The notes under the pieces were generated by a model that worked only from the letters and a program-made list of their open reading frames with translations, was not told the DNA's origin and ran no database searches. DNA of 33,582 bases from positions 1 to 33,582 of the forward strand of contig JAFGGO010000188.1 of NCBI GenBank assembly GCA_016930515.1, given 5' to 3'. Made by a program: the position numbers and the translations under genes. Below are positions 28,720 to 33,582 of the stretch, piece after piece. This DNA is from Promethearchaeota archaeon (GTDB lineage: Archaea > Asgardarchaeota > Lokiarchaeia > Sigyniarchaeales > SOKP01). The stretch's first letter is position 1. Each line of letters opens with the position of its first letter.

Positions 28720-28950
28720 ATGAGAACGAGCATAATCATTGACGATTCCATGAAAGACAAGTGGTGGGACATTAAAAAGGAAGCTGCGAGGTTAAACATG
28801 AAAATCAGCGAATATATCGTTTTTTGCCACGAAATTAGGAAGAAAAACGAGACAAAAGACAAGTTACTTGAAATTTTAGGAAATCCTCTCGAGAATGGAG
28901 CGAAAAACATCGACGCCATTGCTGCAAGCAAGAACACGTGGAAAACATGA
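28720..28950 (+). CDS. Antitoxin (RHH-like)
   Basis: MRTSIIID...WWDIKKEAARLNMKISEYI; ATGA overlap with vapC. Confidence 0.7.
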   Translation: MRTSIIIDDSMKDKWWDIKKEAARLNMKISEYIVFCHEIRKKNETKDKLLEILGNPLENGAKNIDAIAASKNTWKT

Positions 28951-29354
28951 AAGGAATCGATTCAAACGTCATCATTTATGCCCTTAACAAGGACTTGCCC
29001 GAGCACGAACCTTGCAGGGTCCTCCTCGAAAAAGTAGCCAAGGGACTTGAAACTATTGCCATCCCTGCCGTCGTTTTGATGGAGAGTTACCACGTTCTCG
29101 TGAGAGCGTATAAATTCGCGCCTTCTGAAGTAAAAAAACGCTTGGTTTCTATCATTGAATCCGAAAACATAACCATATTGGGACAGGGATTATCTTCGAT
29201 CTTGCTGGCGTTTGATGTTGCCGAGGATTTCGACACGGGCGGGCGCGATTCGCTCATAGCAGCCTGTCTATTGGAAAACAACATCAAGGAAATTTATTCT
29301 CACGATAGCGATTTTGATAAAATTCGACTAATAAAAAGAATTGATCCTGTCTAA
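28947..29354 (+). CDS. vapC: VapC PIN toxin
   Basis: IDSNVIIY...VLMESY...RDSLIAA...IYSHDSDFD. Confidence 0.9.
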   Translation: MKGIDSNVIIYALNKDLPEHEPCRVLLEKVAKGLETIAIPAVVLMESYHVLVRAYKFAPSEVKKRLVSIIESENITILGQGLSSILLAFDVAEDFDTGGRDSLIAACLLENNIKEIYSHDSDFDKIRLIKRIDPV

Positions 29355-29385
29355 ATAGACAGTATCATGGGATTAAAGAGGGGGT

Positions 29386-29635
29386 AAACTCCTGCTGTTC
29401 CTGTCGGATGATCTTCCGTCGCTCGACGATGCCGACCTTGTTCTTTCTCAGCAGGTCCTCGAGCTTTTCGGTGAACTCTTCGAGCGTCAGGTTCTTGTCC
29501 ATGACCGAGTCGTAGTCGATGCTCACTTGATTACACCACCTCAACCAATCTTTAGTTACGCCTTGTAGTAGCGTTCTACCAAGGCCATTTAAAAATAACA
29601 TCGGGTTAGCCTTTATATGTGATTGAATTTCGAAA
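29386..29635. repeat. Array repeat R14 (full; many synonymous differences)
   Basis: Aligns with R1. Confidence 0.95.
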
Positions 29636-29746
29636 ACGAGTAGTGTTTAATAATATAGGTTTTAAGAAATTTTAGAAACAAAGAACGAATAAACCAATAT
29701 TAAAGAAGAATAGAGGCAAAAGAGATGATTGGTAATATTTATTAAA

Positions 29747-29771
29747 TGTCATTTACATTATTAAAATGACA
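29747..29771. promoter_or_regulatory. Inverted repeat TGTCATTT...AAATGACA, putative AbrB-type operator
   Basis: Directly upstream of the AbrB-family gene. Confidence 0.45.
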
Positions 29772-29785
29772 GAGATTTTTATTAG

Positions 29786-30043
29786 GTGTTTAAAACGACT
29801 GAGAAATTAACGCAGAAAGTATCTTCAAATGGGAGGATAGTAATACCCAAGGAGTGGAGGGATAAATTAGCCATCGATGATACCAATTTAGTTGAAATGG
29901 AATTAAACGACGATAATGTAATTCTAATCAGAAAAAAGCTACACCCTCTCGAAATAGAGGATAACCTATTTGATGGAGTTTCTCCTTTCACGGACGAAGA
30001 ATTGGAAGATGTAAAAAAATCATTATTTCCAACTGAAGATTAA
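29786..30043 (+). CDS. AbrB/MazE/SpoVT-family antitoxin
   Basis: KVSSNGRIVIPKEWRDKLAI. Confidence 0.9.
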   Translation: MFKTTEKLTQKVSSNGRIVIPKEWRDKLAIDDTNLVEMELNDDNVILIRKKLHPLEIEDNLFDGVSPFTDEELEDVKKSLFPTED

Positions 30044-30058
30044 TTTATTTGAATTAAC

Positions 30059-30463
30059 ATGACAGAAAAAGCAGTAATTGATGCACAAGTCCTCTTTTAT
30101 TTCCATTACAATTATAAGAAAATCCCCATGATGCTTCAGGAACTGAAGAAAAAGGTAATTGAAGGAGAAATAACCGTAATAATTCCCACTATTGCTATTT
30201 CTGAATTGATTTGGAAAATGCGAAGGGCAGGCAAATTAGAAGCAGTTAAAAAAGCCGTAGAGAGATGGGAACAATCTGAAAATGTGATCATCGACAATTT
30301 TGACATGTCGATCGTAAAGTTTATGCTTAAAAACACTAAGAGTCACGAATTACACGATGAAATCATAGCCATGATATGTAAAAAATACGGTACGAGCATC
30401 ATTTATTCTACTGATAAAAAATTTAAAGAAATATTTAATTTGAATCTGAGATCTTGGAAATAG
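30059..30463 (+). CDS. PIN-domain (VapC-like) toxin
   Basis: AVIDAQV...IPTIAISEL...ELHDEIIA...IYSTDKKF. Confidence 0.85.
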   Translation: MTEKAVIDAQVLFYFHYNYKKIPMMLQELKKKVIEGEITVIIPTIAISELIWKMRRAGKLEAVKKAVERWEQSENVIIDNFDMSIVKFMLKNTKSHELHDEIIAMICKKYGTSIIYSTDKKFKEIFNLNLRSWK

Positions 30464-30491
30464 AAATAGTGCAATAAAAGGATAAATCCTT

Positions 30492-30739
30492 AAATTCCTG
30501 CGTTTTCTGGCGCACGATATTGCGCCGTTTGACGATCCCAATACGGTTCTTGCGGAGTAGATCTTCCAATTTCTCGGCAAACTCTTCGAGCGTCAGGTTC
30601 TTGTCCGTGACCGAGTCGTAGTCGATGCTCACTTGATAACACCACCTCAACCAACAAGTAATGACGCCATAATATCAAGTTAAAAGGGCTTTTTAAAAAG
30701 AAGATCGAGTCATCGTATAAATGTGATTGCATTTCGAAA
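30492..30739. repeat. Array repeat R15 (full)
   Basis: Aligns with R1. Confidence 0.95.
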
Positions 30740-30905
30740 AGGATGGAAAGCGAGGAGTTTATCAAGTCAGGTTCTCAATAAATAATAAACAACGAAACTT
30801 GACATGTGAGAATGAACGACGAGGACGAGAAAATGGAAGTAAAACCGAGAAGAACGCTTGGTACAATCGATATATTTAATGGATAGAGAAAGCACAAAAA
30901 CTTTT

Positions 30906-30936
30906 GATTCAGTTTCGTACCATTTACCTTTAAATA
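30906..30936 (+). promoter_or_regulatory. Conserved promoter block, copy 3
   Basis: Same 31-mer. Confidence 0.7.
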
Positions 30937-30991
30937 TCCATTAAAACTACATAATAACATACCAAAATGTTACAAAAATTTGGAACTAATA

Positions 30992-32614
30992 ATGAATATA
31001 ACAAGAAAAAAAAGAATAATCTTTCAATTTTTAATAGGATTCACTGTTTTATTTTCTATGGGGGTATTTTTTACTATTGGAACGATATATCAAGAAAATA
31101 CAGAAGTAAAAAATAATATAAACGAAATTGATCTCAAAGGATCTAGCATCGTGCCCAACAAGGCTAAAGGAGTCTTGATTTGTAATGCAGAGTTCTTCCA
31201 ATATTATCCAGTGATCGTTTCTGATGAAGATGGAGGAGCAATAATCGCCTGGCACGACGATAGAGAAGATAGATTGGAATACGACATATACGCACAGAGA
31301 ATAAATTCTTCGGGCCATCCACTGTGGAAGACAAACGGTACGGTGATATGCAATCTCCCAGGAGATCAAAACAGAATCCAATTGACTACGGATACTTTAG
31401 GTGGCGCCATAATTACTTGGCAAGATTTTAGGGAGTCTCCTGGTCGCGTTTACATTCAGCGGATAAACTCTTCAGGACATTGCCTTTGGGGTGCCAATGG
31501 AACTATCGTGAGCAATGCATCAGGGAGTCAAAAATATCCAAGATTAATTAGTGACGGAAATGGAGGGGCAATCGTTGTTTGGGAAGACTCTAGAAACGGT
31601 AACGAGGATATATATGTTCAAAAAATAAGCCCTGAAGGTCAATTGCTCTGGGGAGAAAACGGAACTGTCGTGTGCACGAGATCCGAAAAACAGACTTTTC
31701 CAATTATTATTTGCGACGGATCTAATGGTGCTATTATCGTTTGGGACGACGAAAGAAAAGGCGAGAATGACTGCGATATTTACGCACAACGAATAAATTC
31801 ATCAGGTACAGCGTGCTGGATTCTAAATGGAGTTTCGGTGTGCAACGCCTCTGGTAATCAATTTCTTGGTGATGTAATTAACGATAACAGTGGAAACGTG
31901 TATGCTACTTGGGAAGATCAGAGATCTGGCAGAGACATTTACATGCAAAAAATAGATCAAAACGGTTTCCTTCAATGGGATAGCAACGGTTTGGTAATTT
32001 GTAATGCACCTGGGGATCAAGGACATCCCAGCTTGATCTCAGACGGAGATGAGGGTGCAATCCTGATGTGGATCGACGGAAGAGGCGAAAATCTCTATCT
32101 TTGGGACATATACCTTCAAAACGTTAATTCTTCAGGAACTATCCAATGGACCTACAACGGAATTAAGCTTTGTAATTATGTGGGGTATAAATACCGTCCA
32201 GAACTAACAAGTGACGGTAACGGAGGCGCATTTATCACATGGGAGGATCACAGGACGGGTAATGGGAAAATTTACGCCCAGAAAATCAATTCATTAGGAA
32301 TGGAACAATGGAGAACAAATGGAGTGTGTATAGATTCCAAAGGATCCTCACAATCTACTCCAGAACTCGTAAGCGATGGTACAGGAGGAATTATTATCTC
32401 GTGGTGTGGTTCTGGGCCAGGAGCTAATAATATAGACATATACGCCCAGCGCTTGAATTCTGCTGGAACCTTACAATGGATTGATCCTGCCAATTCTGCA
32501 ATTCCCGGATTTGACATGACAATTACAAGTTTAATATTAATGTTTTCAATAATTTCAATCTGCTTGATACTTTTAATCGATAAGAAAAAACAATTTAATT
32601 CATTGAAAACATAA
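30992..32614 (+). CDS. Surface propeller-like protein 6
   Basis: Eight repeats; IPGF+TM+KKK. Confidence 0.85.
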   Translation: MNITRKKRIIFQFLIGFTVLFSMGVFFTIGTIYQENTEVKNNINEIDLKGSSIVPNKAKGVLICNAEFFQYYPVIVSDEDGGAIIAWHDDREDRLEYDIYAQRINSSGHPLWKTNGTVICNLPGDQNRIQLTTDTLGGAIITWQDFRESPGRVYIQRINSSGHCLWGANGTIVSNASGSQKYPRLISDGNGGAIVVWEDSRNGNEDIYVQKISPEGQLLWGENGTVVCTRSEKQTFPIIICDGSNGAIIVWDDERKGENDCDIYAQRINSSGTACWILNGVSVCNASGNQFLGDVINDNSGNVYATWEDQRSGRDIYMQKIDQNGFLQWDSNGLVICNAPGDQGHPSLISDGDEGAILMWIDGRGENLYLWDIYLQNVNSSGTIQWTYNGIKLCNYVGYKYRPELTSDGNGGAFITWEDHRTGNGKIYAQKINSLGMEQWRTNGVCIDSKGSSQSTPELVSDGTGGIIISWCGSGPGANNIDIYAQRLNSAGTLQWIDPANSAIPGFDMTITSLILMFSIISICLILLIDKKKQFNSLKT

Positions 32615-32659
32615 AATCTTTTTTTTCATTAAATATAAAAAAGTCAATGGAGAGGTACG

Positions 32660-32770
32660 AAATTCCTGAGTCTTTTGCCTTATTATCCTTCTCCGATCGA
32701 CGATCCCTATCCTGTTTTTCCTCAGCAAGTCCTCCAATTTCTCGATAAACTCTTTTAAAGTCAAGATTCT
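32660..32770. repeat. Array repeat R16 (left part only)
   Basis: AAATTCCTGAGTC...GTCAAGATTCT. Confidence 0.85.
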
Positions 32771-32780
32771 CATTAAAATA

Positions 32781-33131
32781 TCAATTTTTTTCACGAAAAA
32801 CAGGACCTTCTTTTTCCAATAATAACAATTTCTCTTCAAGGACCTTTACATTCAAGGAACCAATTAATTCTTCAAAAACAGGAAGTACATTTTCGTCTAT
32901 TAATGGATGGATGCTAATTACTACTAAAAAATGTTGTCTTCCGTGCTTAAAATAGATAAAATCCTTGTCATAACTAATAAGAATTCTCCGTTCTCTTCGA
33001 GCTAATTCCATTAATTCGCTATTCTTTATCCCTTTCTTGCCTAAATCTTGAACGGTGACCGTGTCGTGTCCTGAATTTATCAAGAGTTTTTTAAGGTTAT
33101 TGGAAACATTTTCGTCTAATAGAAATCTCTA
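32781..33131 (-). pseudogene. DUF5615 PIN-like toxin with TAG at the expected start codon
   Basis: *RFLLDENVSNNLKKLLINSGHD...ILISYDKDF; the ORF-track start at 33083 would lose the conserved N-terminal D-E-N motif. Confidence 0.7.
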
Positions 33132-33135
33132 TCTT

Positions 33136-33360
33136 TCATGTGTGGGTACTGTTTCGTTCCTCAAGAGTCATTCGGGCATATCCTATAGCAGTAGCTATGT
33201 CTTCTCGAGATAATTGCGGATAGGCATCGATAATTTCATCGAAAGTCTTTCCCGCTTCTAACCATTCGAGAATCAGATCGATCATTATTCTCGTGCCTTT
33301 TATTCGAGGCTTTCCGTGGCAGATATCAGGATCGATTTCTATCTTGCTATTTTGCATCAT
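33136..33360 (-). CDS. DUF433 antitoxin
   Basis: IEIDPDICHGKPRIKGTRI...AYPQLSREDI. Confidence 0.9.
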   Translation of the reverse strand: MMQNSKIEIDPDICHGKPRIKGTRIMIDLILEWLEAGKTFDEIIDAYPQLSREDIATAIGYARMTLEERNSTHT

Positions 33361-33488
33361 ACTATGAATATCATCTTCAGATTCTAATTAATATTTTACC
33401 ATTCATACACGATGGAGTTAAAAATTGAAATTCATTCGATAAATAATATCGAATTATCAAGGTATCGATTTCAATCGATAAAATAGAT

Positions 33489-33582
33489 AAATTCCTGCGT
33501 TATTGGCGCACGATCTTGCGCTGCACGACGATCTATACCATGTTTTTCCGCAGCAGGTCCTCGAACTTTTCGGTAAACTCCT
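33489..33582. repeat. Array repeat R17 (cut by the window end)
   Basis: AAATTCCTGCG...TTCGGTAAACTCCT. Confidence 0.9.

Larger units (their letters stand above)
10309..33582. mobile_element. Integron-like gene-cassette array: ~250-bp direct repeats alternating with cargo modules; continues past the window end
   Basis: 17 same-orientation repeat copies separating 6 surface-protein genes and 11 TA pairs. Confidence 0.8.

Noticed and set aside
17519-30765. Repeat-derived ORFs in other frames (MQSH..., ...EPDARRVYREIG...)
   Set aside because: Alternative-frame or frameshift products of the repeat, with no SD and no consistent length
11309-32517. Short antisense or overlapping ORFs within propeller, ATPase and TA genes
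   Set aside because: Shadow ORFs of well-supported genes
10805-32614. Diversity-generating retroelement acting on the propeller genes
   Set aside because: No reverse transcriptase and no near-identical template/variable pair differing at adenines
10309-33582. CRISPR array
   Set aside because: Repeats are ~250 bp, spacers are whole genes, and no cas genes are present
10309-33582. Canonical integron / attC array
   Set aside because: No conserved RYYYAAC...GTTRRRY ends and no tyrosine integrase in the window; one beyond the right edge cannot be excluded
1-33582. Stop-codon reassignment explaining the in-frame stops
   Set aside because: The lesions include TGA, TAA, TAG and frameshifts, and all three stop codons end normal genes here

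Overview
The window is probably from an Asgard (Lokiarchaeia-like) archaeon. This is inferred from Loki-CTERM-like IPGY/ISGF+TM+basic C-termini, TTTAAATA TATA boxes and TFIIB-like repeats. It has three parts. (1) 1-2030 is an AT-rich TPR gene. (2) ~2080-10250 looks like a mobile-element backbone: a TFIIB/cyclin-like + PD-(D/E)XK fusion, a membrane HerA/VirB4-like ATPase, a SMODS/CD-NTase-like nucleotidyltransferase with a 45-aa NPNN-repeat peptide, a broken PD-(D/E)XK nuclease, and a Zn-finger HUH rolling-circle endonuclease. (3) From 10309 to beyond the window end is an integron-like cassette array that begins immediately after the HUH gene. It holds 17 same-orientation copies (9 full, 8 partial) of a ~250-bp repeat. 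Each full repeat carries a promoter, an SD, a ~47-codon mini-ORF on the - strand, a + strand hairpin and a conserved ATGTGATTGCATTTCGAAA end. The repeats separate cargo modules of only two kinds: six divergent membrane-anchored beta-propeller-like surface proteins and eleven toxin-antitoxin pairs, four with disrupted toxins. No integron integrase, attC sites or CRISPR structure are seen. The main hypothesis is an HUH/rolling-circle-driven gene-cassette capture and shuffling system. All family calls are from motif reading, not database searches.
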